From: a virus
DNA: 64,000 bases
Strand: one strand, 5' to 3'
Virus record (IMG/VR): IMGVR_UViG_3300028388_004019
Span: 119,756-183,755 of that record
Shown here piece by piece: positions 49,650-59,602 of the stretch. The notes beneath the pieces were generated by a model. That model worked only from the letters and a program-made list of their open reading frames with translations. It did no database searches and was not told the DNA's origin. A program made the translations under genes and the position numbers. Each line of letters starts with the position of its first letter. Within the stretch, counting starts at the first letter, position 1.

Positions 49650-50027
49650 ATGGGACGACCGAAGAAAAAAGAAATATCATTAAATAAAGATTCTGTACTG
49701 AGTCTGATGCAGGAAATCTACAATGAACTTGTGGAACAGAGAGCTACTGCTGTTAGAATCCAAAATAAGATGTTGGCAATGTTGAAAGACCCTAAAGACA
49801 TGACTGTCATCGGTCCAGTAATCAAAGAACAACAAAAGATTATTAATGATACTATCGAAAAGAAGTTATCACTTTCAAAACTTCAATCCACCATTTGGGA
49901 AAAATCCAATAATACATCGGAAGAATCATTCAATATATCTGACATGGATGATGATGTCCTATCCGCTCTCATAGAAAAAGACTCTGACAATACTAAAGGA
50001 AACTCTGAAGGGTATAAATTAGAATAA
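49650..50027 (+). CDS. Hypothetical helical protein
   Basis: ORF 4 nt after a TATTTATA motif. Confidence 0.7.
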   Translation: MGRPKKKEISLNKDSVLSLMQEIYNELVEQRATAVRIQNKMLAMLKDPKDMTVIGPVIKEQQKIINDTIEKKLSLSKLQSTIWEKSNNTSEESFNISDMDDDVLSALIEKDSDNTKGNSEGYKLE

Positions 50028-50039
50028 TACAATACTCCA

Positions 50040-51983
50040 ATGGGTTTAGATTTAAGCAACGACTACAAACAGGTTAAAACCAAAATTTCTGCTTATCAGA
50101 CTACAGTCGAAAGTCAAAAAAACTTTGTGACCGCTAAAAAAAATAATGCAGGTGATAATTTTGAAAAAGCAAAAAATACACAATTTAGTAATCTAAATGA
50201 ATGGGGACAAACTGTTGATGGTTATACCGCAGAAAAAAAGAAACAACTACAAGATAATGTAAAGTCTCAGCTGGACCAGTTGACAGAAATTTTTATGGTA
50301 TCGTCATCCGTTGGTGGTGATTCGAAAAGTTTAGACAAATTGTTTGACATATATAATCAAACTATTCTTAATACTAAGGATAGAATCAAAGAGATGTTCA
50401 TAACAGAGGTAATCAAAGCCGCGGGATGTTCTGAGGAGCAACAATTCACAACATCTCCATTGTATATTCGTGTACAATCAGTAGACCTTTACAAAAAACT
50501 TTATGAAGACCCGAATACCAAAACTGGTTCACTTTTATACGAAAAAGATACTACACCTAATGGGTCAGTACCTTATGCAATGAATCGTGAGTTATTTAAT
50601 AGAATGAAAAACTTAGGTTTTTCATTTTCACAAGAATATGGTTCAGATTATGTTGGCGCGTCTACAAATCAGATATTCGATATTGAATATGTGGACCAAG
50701 ACAATAATGGTAATTTAGGTGACTATTTCAAGGTAACATTGAAAAATCAGAATCGGTCTGTTGGTAGTGTGACTCAATTTTTGCAGGACTACTATTCATC
50801 TATAGATATGATAGATATAGATGAATTGTTAAGTATCATTATGAATAACTTAACAAATGCAATATCAATCGACCTCGGTGTAGATATTGATTTTCAAAGA
50901 GAACAGTTGAAGATTGAAAAATTCCTTCAAAGAATCTTGGGATTATGTTTTGACAACACAAAGGAAATTGATGTATCAGGAATTGCCAAACTTTCAGTTT
51001 TAGATAATATTGACGAGTCTTTTTTCGAGCTCACTTCTAATGACTTGAGAACTATTGAGAATAACTTGGATAATATTCAAAGAGGAGTTACAGAATTTAC
51101 TGATTGTGATAATGTAAAATTACCCTTGAATAGAGAGGCGATAATTAATAACCTTCTCGATGGTAGAAATGAAACCACTGAAAGTAAAAAAATGGAAGCT
51201 TTCAAAGGCTCCATTGATAGTTTGGCAGACAATCAAGAATGGAAGTCAATCATTCCTAATGTCAATATTGATGGTTCTATAAAATTTGATTTATTAGGAA
51301 TAATACCGAAGGGTATTATGCAATCACTTTTATCACCTAAAAACTTATTGGGTGTTATGGTAGTATTCAAATCAGTACAAAACTTCATAGTTGACCAAAT
51401 TGAAAACTTAGAAGATTTTTTCAATGAGTTCAAAGATATGGTAATTGAAATTATGAGTAAAATTGGTGCAATATTTGTCGAAGAGTTATTTAACGAAATA
51501 AAGAAAAATCTTACTGTATTAGTTAGATTGATTATCGAAGAAATCGCCAGAGAATCAAGAGACGCAAGAGCGAGAATGATATTCTCAATCATTAACACCG
51601 TAATATTGGTGGGTGAATTGGTTTCAGATTGGAGACAGTGTAAGAGTGTGGTAGATGAATTACTGGCACTTCTTTCACTTGCAGGTAGTCAATTGGATAT
51701 TGGAATGCCGGCCTTTGCACTATCTTTATCGAGATTCCTTCCTGGTATGTCAGAAACAAGAATGTTTGCCAATCATATCGAAGAATTACAAAAATCAGGG
51801 ATACCAACTGGTGACTTACCCGATGGTTCACCTAATCTTATGTTACAAGCAGCATTTTCACAAATAAAAGGACAATTCAAAGAAATGCAAGAAAATGGTA
51901 AGACTGAGGTAAGTATTGACCCATTATCAATTGTTGGTGGTGCAACTACGGGTGTTGTTAAGGCATATGGTAAATCATATTAA
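50040..51983 (+). CDS. Hypothetical large protein, probably structural
   Basis: Long ORF upstream of the spike gene. Confidence 0.7.
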   Translation: MGLDLSNDYKQVKTKISAYQTTVESQKNFVTAKKNNAGDNFEKAKNTQFSNLNEWGQTVDGYTAEKKKQLQDNVKSQLDQLTEIFMVSSSVGGDSKSLDKLFDIYNQTILNTKDRIKEMFITEVIKAAGCSEEQQFTTSPLYIRVQSVDLYKKLYEDPNTKTGSLLYEKDTTPNGSVPYAMNRELFNRMKNLGFSFSQEYGSDYVGASTNQIFDIEYVDQDNNGNLGDYFKVTLKNQNRSVGSVTQFLQDYYSSIDMIDIDELLSIIMNNLTNAISIDLGVDIDFQREQLKIEKFLQRILGLCFDNTKEIDVSGIAKLSVLDNIDESFFELTSNDLRTIENNLDNIQRGVTEFTDCDNVKLPLNREAIINNLLDGRNETTESKKMEAFKGSIDSLADNQEWKSIIPNVNIDGSIKFDLLGIIPKGIMQSLLSPKNLLGVMVVFKSVQNFIVDQIENLEDFFNEFKDMVIEIMSKIGAIFVEELFNEIKKNLTVLVRLIIEEIARESRDARARMIFSIINTVILVGELVSDWRQCKSVVDELLALLSLAGSQLDIGMPAFALSLSRFLPGMSETRMFANHIEELQKSGIPTGDLPDGSPNLMLQAAFSQIKGQFKEMQENGKTEVSIDPLSIVGGATTGVVKAYGKSY

Positions 51984-51984
51984 T

Positions 51985-52182
51985 ATGGACGAGAATAAAT
52001 TAAAAAATATCATTTCTGATTATAAAAATCGAGGTAATAACGAGTTAAAGTTTGCACTTTCAGAATTGTCAAAAGATTTTGAAGAAACCAAAGCATTAAT
52101 GGTAAAATTATCACATCACCTCGATGGTACTGAAAAAATATATAATGATATTTTGAAAGAATATAAAAAAAGAGGTAATTGA
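51985..52182 (+). CDS. Small coiled-coil protein
   Basis: MDENKLKNIISDY...; the ATG at 51985 follows the previous stop. Confidence 0.6.
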   Translation: MDENKLKNIISDYKNRGNNELKFALSELSKDFEETKALMVKLSHHLDGTEKIYNDILKEYKKRGN

Positions 52183-53717
52183 TGTCTATTCCTGGAGTTG
52201 TTGATATACAGGGAAGTGGTAAACTTCCATTTAATTATAGACAAATTGTTTATCAAGGTGTCGTCGTAGACACCCAAGACCCCTTCATGCTCGGAAGATT
52301 AAGAGTTTACCCTGAAGACCAAAATATTGAAGATAGGTTAGGTTCAATTCCAAATTGGAACGAATCAACAGATAAGTGGACTGAGAAAGACCCGTTTGTT
52401 TTCATACCTTTGATTCCTTACTTCATCTATCAAGTACCTAAAATAAACGAGTATGTACACCTGATATATACTAACCCAAACGATAAAACTAATAAAGGTC
52501 AGTATTATGTTCAGGGTCCATTTTCGTCACCCACGACAATAGAACAAGAAGACGCTGACTCTGCTCGTTCATTTTTAAGTTCTGGAATTAGGAATAAAAG
52601 ATTCCAACCAATAAAAAATAAAGATGGAGAGGTATCAAATCCTCAAACTTATGGGGTTTATCCTGAACCTCAGGACATTGGTATACTGAGTAGAAACAAT
52701 GCAGATATAATCCTGAAAGACGGTGAATTATTATTGAGAGCTGGTAAACATGGAAATTTCAATAGAACACAAATACCTGTTGCTAAGACGAATCGAGCCT
52801 TCATTCAATTGAGTAATTATGAGACATTAGAACGTTATGCCTCACCTACTGAAAGATATTTACTAAGAAAAGAAGACCTACAGACAAAAAAGTTGATTGA
52901 GTATGAAATATTTAATCCTGAAAACCAGTTCAGTGCATTCACAGGTCAAATTATCCTTTATAATTTAATACCTGATGACGTTTCAGGAACGACTATGACT
53001 TCTTCAATAGTAAATAATTCAGATTTAGAACAGTTTAAAAGAATACAGTACATTGAACAGTTTACATCATTACCAATGAATGAAGTGGCTACCAAGATAA
53101 ATAAATTTATCAGAAATGTAGTAAAAGGTAGAATGGAAAATGGGATGAATATTAATAATCAGTTTCCATTATTTTTTCGAGCAAACAAACAGAATAGGGA
53201 TACAACAGATATAATAGGTTTCGGTAATCTATTGAATTTATATACACTTATAAAACCTACTGAATTCACTAATAATTTAAAAGGTTTCGGATTGATTTAC
53301 GACAAAACTGGACGAGATAATGTACCAACTAATGTTGAAAAACAAACTTTTAGACCCAAACAAATATTAAATCAAGAAAACACAGTTGGTTTGATAGGGG
53401 CTAATCAACTGTATTTATTATCTCATGATGCGAATAACCCAGCCAAAGCAAAAATAAATTTGGACAATACGATATATGGTATAGACCAAACTAAGTTGGT
53501 TGATGAAATCCAACCAAAAACATCATCAGTGGTAAGAGGGGAAGAATTGATGGATTTAATCGAACTAATAGTTAGATACCTTGCAACTCATGTACATCCA
53601 TATCCTGGTTTACCTCCAGTTCCTGTAAGTTCTGATGGGACAAGAGTAGATGACCTTCTAAAAGAACTATTAGAAGCAAGTACAAAAATATTAAATAAAA
53701 ATATTCGTATAAACTAA
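52182..53717 (+). CDS. Baseplate central spike (gp5/gpV-like OB fold)
   Basis: GVVVDTQDPFMLGRLRV, YQVPKINEYV and a C-terminal HVH metal-binding tip motif. Confidence 0.75.
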   Translation: MSIPGVVDIQGSGKLPFNYRQIVYQGVVVDTQDPFMLGRLRVYPEDQNIEDRLGSIPNWNESTDKWTEKDPFVFIPLIPYFIYQVPKINEYVHLIYTNPNDKTNKGQYYVQGPFSSPTTIEQEDADSARSFLSSGIRNKRFQPIKNKDGEVSNPQTYGVYPEPQDIGILSRNNADIILKDGELLLRAGKHGNFNRTQIPVAKTNRAFIQLSNYETLERYASPTERYLLRKEDLQTKKLIEYEIFNPENQFSAFTGQIILYNLIPDDVSGTTMTSSIVNNSDLEQFKRIQYIEQFTSLPMNEVATKINKFIRNVVKGRMENGMNINNQFPLFFRANKQNRDTTDIIGFGNLLNLYTLIKPTEFTNNLKGFGLIYDKTGRDNVPTNVEKQTFRPKQILNQENTVGLIGANQLYLLSHDANNPAKAKINLDNTIYGIDQTKLVDEIQPKTSSVVRGEELMDLIELIVRYLATHVHPYPGLPPVPVSSDGTRVDDLLKELLEASTKILNKNIRIN

Positions 53718-53739
53718 GTATTTATAGTAAAAACGAATA

Positions 53740-55206
53740 ATGTCAATTTACAAGTCATATTTCAAACGTAACGATACGTTAATCTTTAACTCTTACACAA
53801 ACACGGGTAGAAATCCTGTGGTTGAATTATTTTATGGTAGAGTAGATAACCTAAACTCACCAAAAGGGTTTTCTCGTTTCATTTTTGATATAGATTTGAC
53901 TAATTTACAATCCAAGCTTTCGAGTGGGGAAATATCAACTGGGTGTACCGAAGATATGACACACACTCTTAGAATGACAAACACATCTTCATTTGATGAA
54001 GAATTATTAAATTCAACGTGGTCAAACGGAAGAAGAAGGGCGACCTCTTTTGATTTAGTACTGTTCCGTATACCTAAAGTTTCAGGTTCTACTGGAGACG
54101 AACAAACATGGGACGAAGGTGTAGGTCAAGACTACTACAATGTAAAAGATGTCTTTGAAGGCAATAAATCTTTTTCTGATAGACCAGCAAATTGGTATCA
54201 AAGAAATACAATAAAAAACTGGTCAGTTAATGGTTTATATGATAACGAGAATGGTAACAATATAAGTGGATTAAATTATTCAGGTCTTACAATCGTTGAT
54301 ACTCAGCATTTCGAATTCGGAAATGAAGATATAGAATTCGATATGACGAATGAAATCAATGATATTTTATCAGGTGCAACTACAGGTGTTACTGGTTATG
54401 GTATAGCATTTGTTCCTGAAGTTGAAAATATTACAGGTATGACTGAAAATTATTCAGTAGGTTTCTTTTCACGACACACCCAAACTTTCTATGAGCCTTA
54501 TTTGGAAACAAATTATGATGATTTGATACAAGATGATAGATACACTTTTTATCAAGGAAAATCAAACAAACTTTATTTATACGCTTACGTAAATGGTAAT
54601 CCAATCACATTAGATAACGACCCTGTTGTTGATATTCTCGACGAGGACGATGGTGTGATATACACACTTACAGGTTGTAGTAGAACCAAGGGGGTATATG
54701 AGGTTACTGTACCTTCTATTACAGGGGCTACTACTCTACCTTGCATGTATTACGATAATTGGAGAGATTTGAACTACAATGGAGATTCAATATCTGCAAT
54801 CGAAAATGAATTTGTACTTCTTAAGAGTGGGGATTACTTCACTATTGGGACTAGAACTGAAGAGCCATCAATTTATGGTTTTGACTTTAACGGTATCAAA
54901 CAAAATGAAAAAATCCTTAACACTGACATTAGAAAAGTCAATGTAACCCTTAAAAAGGCTTACACCGCCAAAGAAGTACTTAAACACGTAGAATGTTTCT
55001 ACAGAGTTTATGTTAGAGAAGGTAACATCGAGGTTCAGGTCCAAGATTGGACACAAATCAATAGAACTGCCGACGGTTACTACTTCGTATTCGACACAAC
55101 AGATAAGATACCAAATGAATACTTTATAGATATCAAGGTGAACACCGACAGGGAAGTTAATACTTATAAAAGAGAACTACAGTTCCAAATCGTAAGCAAA
55201 AAATGA
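53740..55206 (+). CDS. Putative virion structural protein
   Basis: Beta-rich long ORF after the spike gene, preceded by TATTTATA. Confidence 0.6.
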   Translation: MSIYKSYFKRNDTLIFNSYTNTGRNPVVELFYGRVDNLNSPKGFSRFIFDIDLTNLQSKLSSGEISTGCTEDMTHTLRMTNTSSFDEELLNSTWSNGRRRATSFDLVLFRIPKVSGSTGDEQTWDEGVGQDYYNVKDVFEGNKSFSDRPANWYQRNTIKNWSVNGLYDNENGNNISGLNYSGLTIVDTQHFEFGNEDIEFDMTNEINDILSGATTGVTGYGIAFVPEVENITGMTENYSVGFFSRHTQTFYEPYLETNYDDLIQDDRYTFYQGKSNKLYLYAYVNGNPITLDNDPVVDILDEDDGVIYTLTGCSRTKGVYEVTVPSITGATTLPCMYYDNWRDLNYNGDSISAIENEFVLLKSGDYFTIGTRTEEPSIYGFDFNGIKQNEKILNTDIRKVNVTLKKAYTAKEVLKHVECFYRVYVREGNIEVQVQDWTQINRTADGYYFVFDTTDKIPNEYFIDIKVNTDREVNTYKRELQFQIVSKK

Positions 55207-55466
55207 GAAAAGTAAGAATCACAGAGGAACAACTCGAACAAATTGTTAGACGAGTTATTGACGAAAAGAAAAAGTCTAAGAAGAAAAAAAAGAAGAAAAA
55301 AGACACAACCCTATGTTCACGTGGTAAAAACGCGGCAAAAGCAAAATATGAAGTCTACCCTTCAGCTTACGCTAACGGATACGCTGTCCAAGTCTGTAAA
55401 GGCAAGATGCCAGGATTGGACGGGAAAAAAAGATGTTCAGGAAAGTATTGTTCAGGTAAGAAATAA
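55203..55466 (+). CDS. Small basic protein with ITEEQL leader
   Basis: MRKVRITEEQL, a poly-Lys run and YPSAYANG with Cys residues. Confidence 0.7.
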   Translation: MRKVRITEEQLEQIVRRVIDEKKKSKKKKKKKKDTTLCSRGKNAAKAKYEVYPSAYANGYAVQVCKGKMPGLDGKKRCSGKYCSGKK

Positions 55467-55498
55467 TTCTTATCTTTGTTTTGTAAATTATTTGTGTC

Positions 55499-55675
55499 AT
55501 GTTATATACCCAGTCAACCTATCAATTAAAGAAAGGAGATAAAGTACTAATGGAAGTTAGTGCAAGTTGTGTTGAGAGAGCTCAAGATTATTTCTATGAA
55601 GAAATACCTGAGTCATATAGTTCAGACTATATGATTACTCCAAAACCACTAACTGTAACTCCTTCGTTAAACTAA
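55499..55675 (+). CDS. Small hypothetical protein, 58 aa
   Basis: Hand translation MLYTQSTYQLKKGDKVLMEV...; preceded by TTG-N20-TATCTTTG (55471-55478), matching the Bacteroidota promoter consensus. Confidence 0.5.
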   Translation: MLYTQSTYQLKKGDKVLMEVSASCVERAQDYFYEEIPESYSSDYMITPKPLTVTPSLN

Positions 55676-56203
55676 CGAGTTGATAACCCACTCGTAACCC
55701 TTTAGACCCCCATAAGATAGATAAGTCATATTGTTCTTATCATTTTGGGGGTTTCTATTTTCTGTAATGTATGATTTATCACAAAAAGATTTGATTTCTT
55801 CTAATACTTCTCTCGGAACGTACTGATTTTCCAAAATCATATTGGCTATTTTTGTATCAACACCTGACTTTTTAATTCTATATAAGTTCTTCTTAACTGA
55901 TTCCCTTACCACTTTTGGTACTCTAAACTTATTGAACCCCTCATCAACGGTAATTTTAAGGTCACCAGTACCTTTAATCACCCTGTGATACACCATCTTA
56001 GGTATGGTATAAGTTTGTCCCTCTTGCAGGTCCTGAGGTAGTTCCTCGTCCATTTGTAACATCCATCCGTTACTTTGCTCAACAAAAACCTTACGGTCAC
56101 TTGTATCTCTATGCCATACCAATTCCTCTGAGTCCACATTTTCAGTGAATACTCTCTTGAATTTATACTTACTGATATTTTCCTGTTCGTATACCATTAC
56201 CAA
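55667..56203 (-). CDS. Cupin-like domain protein with a C-terminal extension
   Basis: LVWHRD...GWMLQMD...IPKMVYHRVIKG. Confidence 0.55.
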   Translation of the reverse strand: MVMVYEQENISKYKFKRVFTENVDSEELVWHRDTSDRKVFVEQSNGWMLQMDEELPQDLQEGQTYTIPKMVYHRVIKGTGDLKITVDEGFNKFRVPKVVRESVKKNLYRIKKSGVDTKIANMILENQYVPREVLEEIKSFCDKSYITENRNPQNDKNNMTYLSYGGLKGYEWVINSLV

Positions 56204-57078
56204 AATCTTCCAGGTACATTCTTACCAAAGTCTTTATGGGCTCTACATGCCCAATAACCTGCCTTAGTTTTGTCCTTCTTCTTTTCACATTGGTGTCTTG
56301 CGGCAAATGACTTACGAGCTGCAGGGTCGTTCCACTTGGCGGTCATAACAGGGGAACCGTAACTTACCTTTTTGATTTTACCCGTCTTAGGGTTACGAAC
56401 GTATACATACCATTTCTTAGGACCGCCACTTTTAGGGTCATTAAGTTTAACTTTCTTACCCTTATACTCAGCTTCGTTAACCATTGGGAAATCTAAAGGT
56501 AATCTTTCACCTTCATAGATAAAGAACTTACCCAAGTCACTATCCAACAACTCATTATCCAATTCATTCTTATAAAGTCCTTTTTCTCTCAACTTCCTTG
56601 CTTCATTAATAACATCAAAATATTTTGGTGAACCTGTTCTAAACATATTCTCACTTAATGGTATGTTATTATCAATATGGTATTGTAAATCTTCAGAAAT
56701 AGTATTTTTTACTTGAATAAATTCCTGTAACACATTTTGAATCATTTTAGGGTCGATAGACTCCTTTTTGTAATTTTTCACTTTGATACGTGTCGGCTTT
56801 TGACCTTTACCCGTCTGAGTATCTTTCTTTTCCTTTTCTCTCTTTCTACGACATGCAGAATCTTTTTCCTTTTGTGACATCTTTCCTGCCACACCAGCCC
56901 CTCTACATACAGGATATCCACCCTCATCGGCATCTTTTCTTCCACAAGGAGGGTGACCCCCACCTTTTTTCTTCTTACATATATTGACCCACGGACCTTT
57001 AGGTTGAGATGAACCTTTCTTTTTCTTCTTCTTTCCAAACCAAACCGCTAAATCTTCACTTAAAATGTATTTACTCAT
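56197..57078 (-). CDS. Basic, Cys-containing multi-module protein
   Basis: Three modules: a Lys/Cys-rich N-terminus, a middle domain, and C-terminal EAEYKGKKV...RKSFAARHQC...YWAC. Confidence 0.75.
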   Translation of the reverse strand: MSKYILSEDLAVWFGKKKKKKGSSQPKGPWVNICKKKKGGGHPPCGRKDADEGGYPVCRGAGVAGKMSQKEKDSACRRKREKEKKDTQTGKGQKPTRIKVKNYKKESIDPKMIQNVLQEFIQVKNTISEDLQYHIDNNIPLSENMFRTGSPKYFDVINEARKLREKGLYKNELDNELLDSDLGKFFIYEGERLPLDFPMVNEAEYKGKKVKLNDPKSGGPKKWYVYVRNPKTGKIKKVSYGSPVMTAKWNDPAARKSFAARHQCEKKKDKTKAGYWACRAHKDFGKNVPGRFW

Positions 57079-57081
57079 AAC

Positions 57082-57110
57082 TTGACAATCATATACTTTT
57101 GATATACATT
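57082..57110 (+). promoter_or_regulatory. Sigma70-type promoter adjacent to an opposite-strand TATTTATT
   Basis: TTGACA-N17-TACATT; AATAAATA at 57112-57119. Confidence 0.65.
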
Positions 57111-57154
57111 TAATAAATATTCAGAAATAGATAAACAAAACAATATTTCCAAAA

Positions 57155-57496
57155 ATGGCAAAAAAGAAAAAAACTGAGACTCCCGAAGAAATCGTGGAAC
57201 AAGTATTAGAAGAAACAACAGAAGAGACTACCGAACAGGAGGGTCCTAAACCAATTGGTCAGTTATTCAACGCTATCAACTACAACAACATGGATGATTT
57301 GAATAACTTTATTACAAACATGACACCTGACCAAGGTCTATATATCTTGGTTCAAGCAACACGAGCAGCACAGTCGAGAGGTTCTTTCAATATGGAAGAA
57401 ACTGAAACTGTATCAAAAGCAATTAGAACATTGACTAACCCTTCTAGTCAGCCTCAGGAAGTCACAGGACAACCTGAAGTAAAAGTGGAGGAATAA
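57155..57496 (+). CDS. Hypothetical protein
   Basis: ORF with an upstream promoter and a downstream terminator. Confidence 0.75.
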   Translation: MAKKKKTETPEEIVEQVLEETTEETTEQEGPKPIGQLFNAINYNNMDDLNNFITNMTPDQGLYILVQATRAAQSRGSFNMEETETVSKAIRTLTNPSSQPQEVTGQPEVKVEE

Positions 57497-57514
57497 TTTT
57501 TAGTTTAGTTGGAA

Positions 57515-57539
57515 GTGGGGAGTTTTACTCCCCATTTTT
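57515..57539 (+). terminator. Intrinsic terminator
   Basis: gtggggagt-ttt-actccccat followed by a T-run. Confidence 0.8.
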
Positions 57540-57573
57540 ATGCTCTAAAAAATTTTGCTTAAAAATTACTGAT

Positions 57574-57747
57574 ATGAATAAAAAAGAAATGAATTCACGT
57601 ATAATTGAAATTGAAATGATTATACGTAGAGCAATGGCTAAAGGTCACCATCCTTCTGACGGTGACGAATTTCAACCACTGAGAGTTGAAAGGGATATTC
57701 TAAAAATGATAGTCTCTCAGGACTATAGACCAAAACCATGGAAATAA
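57574..57747 (+). CDS. Small hypothetical protein, 57 aa
   Basis: Hand translation MNKKEMNSRIIEIEMIIRRAMAKGHHPSDGDEFQPLRVERDILKM... Confidence 0.5.
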   Translation: MNKKEMNSRIIEIEMIIRRAMAKGHHPSDGDEFQPLRVERDILKMIVSQDYRPKPWK

Positions 57748-57773
57748 AAAAAGGGGACCAAACGGTCCCCTTT
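57746..57773. terminator. Bidirectional terminator after the major capsid gene
   Basis: A-run, then ggggacc-aaac-ggtcccc, then ttt. Confidence 0.8.
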
Positions 57774-57793
57774 ATTATTGATATTAAGATATA

Positions 57794-59572
57794 TTATCTT
57801 AAAGAGTTCAAATCGAACGTTCTAACACCATCAACAGTGATTACACCATAGAAACGGTTGTTAACCATTTTCTTAGCGTATCTAGTCATGATACCCTTGA
57901 TTGGTGTAAAGTTGAATGGGTTGTACATTGTAGGTGTCAACTGTAATGGTACATATGGTGCGTAAACGTAACCTGTATCCAATAAAGAAGAACCTTTATG
58001 ACCCATCAATACAGTGTTAGGTGGGAAGTAAGGGTCACGGTAAACTTGGTATCTACCTGATAACGTACCTACTCTCTCAATACCCATGTTGTATTGGTCT
58101 TGGTCTGGTGCTGCGTTTGAAACGTGGAAGTACTCCAAGTCATCGAAGATTGCAGAAATTTCAGAAGAAACTACAATCCAGTTAGCACCACCTCTAAGAG
58201 TTGATTTGTGAATTTGAGCTGAGATTTGGTTAATTGCAGTAATCAACGTTTGGTTCCAATCTTTTTGGTTGTAGTTTACTGAACCATTGTTCACTCTCTT
58301 CCAACCGTTGTAGTCCCATCTTAATGACCATGCCGCACCTTTTCTCAAGTCTCTTAAGATTTCACGGTCAATTTCTGCCGCCACTTGCTCAGACAATAAA
58401 GCTGTCAATTCAGCTTCAGCGTCGATGTTGTGGAATGCAGAAACGTCTTGTGCAAGTTCTGGAGACCATTGTGCTCTTAATTTTCTTTCTGTTACAGAAA
58501 CAGTAACTGCTTCAAGGTCGAAAGATACCTCACCGATAGCGTCTTCAAATTCTAATGTTTCGTAGATTCTGTAAGTCGCCTCAAATGCTGGTGCATCTGC
58601 TGTAAGAGCCGCACCGAATGTAGTTCCTGAGTAACCATCTGTTGAAGTTGTTGAACCGATAGCAACAGGTACTGCTGTATCAATTGCTAAATAAATTTTA
58701 CCATCAGCAGAACAGATATCATCGTAAGAACCACCAGGACCTGTACTTGGGAAAGATGTTGATTTTTCACTTCCGTATTGTACCATACCTTTACCGTACT
58801 TCTGAGTAACAACATTAAAGTTGTAGTATGGAGTATCACCAGATGCTCTTACTTCTAATGAAGCTAAGAATTCTTCAGTATCCATTGCGTTACCATCAGG
58901 ACCGATTAATTTACCAGCACCGTCAGAAGAGAAACCTGATAATACAGCGATAACTTGTCTTTGCTCACCTGAGTAGTATGTGTCAGCAGCAGTGTTAGCA
59001 GCTTCTATTAAGTCTGAACCATCCCATCTGTAGTTAACCAATGCTTTAGTTACTTCAGAATAACGACCTTTTGAATAATCGAAAAGACCTGCTGGGTCAG
59101 AGTTTGGTGTTTCACCTTCGTAGAAACGGTCGTACAAGTTTTTGTCAGTTGACGAGTAACCTGTAGTGCTTGAAGAAGGACCTCCTGGTGCACCGAATGG
59201 TTTATAGTGCTCACCATCGTTACCGTTAGCGTTAGCACTTTGGATTTTAGGTACAAAGTAGAACAATTTACCGATTGGTAAGTTCATAGCTTGTACAGAT
59301 ACGATATCGTTAGCCAATAATTTAGAGAATACTCTTCTAACGATAGGGAAGACTACAGTTTCGAATGAACCTGAGTCAGAAGCGTTTGCTGCTTCGTTGA
59401 TTAAGTGAGACGCTTGGTTTTCGTATAATTGTGCCACGTTTTCTTTTAAGTGACCTTTCAATCCATCCAAGAAACCTAATTTGTCCCATTTGTTGATTGT
59501 GTCTTCTTTGATAACTTTCAAGTGCTTAAGACCGATGTTACCAACAAGACCTGATTCTAATAATGCTCCCAT
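57794..59572 (-). CDS. gp23: Major capsid protein (T4 gp23-like)
   Basis: PIVRRVFSKLLANDIVSVQAM, RKLRAQWSPELAQD, GYVYAPYVPL, GIMTRY. Confidence 0.97.
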   Translation of the reverse strand: MGALLESGLVGNIGLKHLKVIKEDTINKWDKLGFLDGLKGHLKENVAQLYENQASHLINEAANASDSGSFETVVFPIVRRVFSKLLANDIVSVQAMNLPIGKLFYFVPKIQSANANGNDGEHYKPFGAPGGPSSSTTGYSSTDKNLYDRFYEGETPNSDPAGLFDYSKGRYSEVTKALVNYRWDGSDLIEAANTAADTYYSGEQRQVIAVLSGFSSDGAGKLIGPDGNAMDTEEFLASLEVRASGDTPYYNFNVVTQKYGKGMVQYGSEKSTSFPSTGPGGSYDDICSADGKIYLAIDTAVPVAIGSTTSTDGYSGTTFGAALTADAPAFEATYRIYETLEFEDAIGEVSFDLEAVTVSVTERKLRAQWSPELAQDVSAFHNIDAEAELTALLSEQVAAEIDREILRDLRKGAAWSLRWDYNGWKRVNNGSVNYNQKDWNQTLITAINQISAQIHKSTLRGGANWIVVSSEISAIFDDLEYFHVSNAAPDQDQYNMGIERVGTLSGRYQVYRDPYFPPNTVLMGHKGSSLLDTGYVYAPYVPLQLTPTMYNPFNFTPIKGIMTRYAKKMVNNRFYGVITVDGVRTFDLNSLR

Positions 59573-59602
59573 TTTAATACTTTTTAATTTAAGGATTTAT
59601 TT

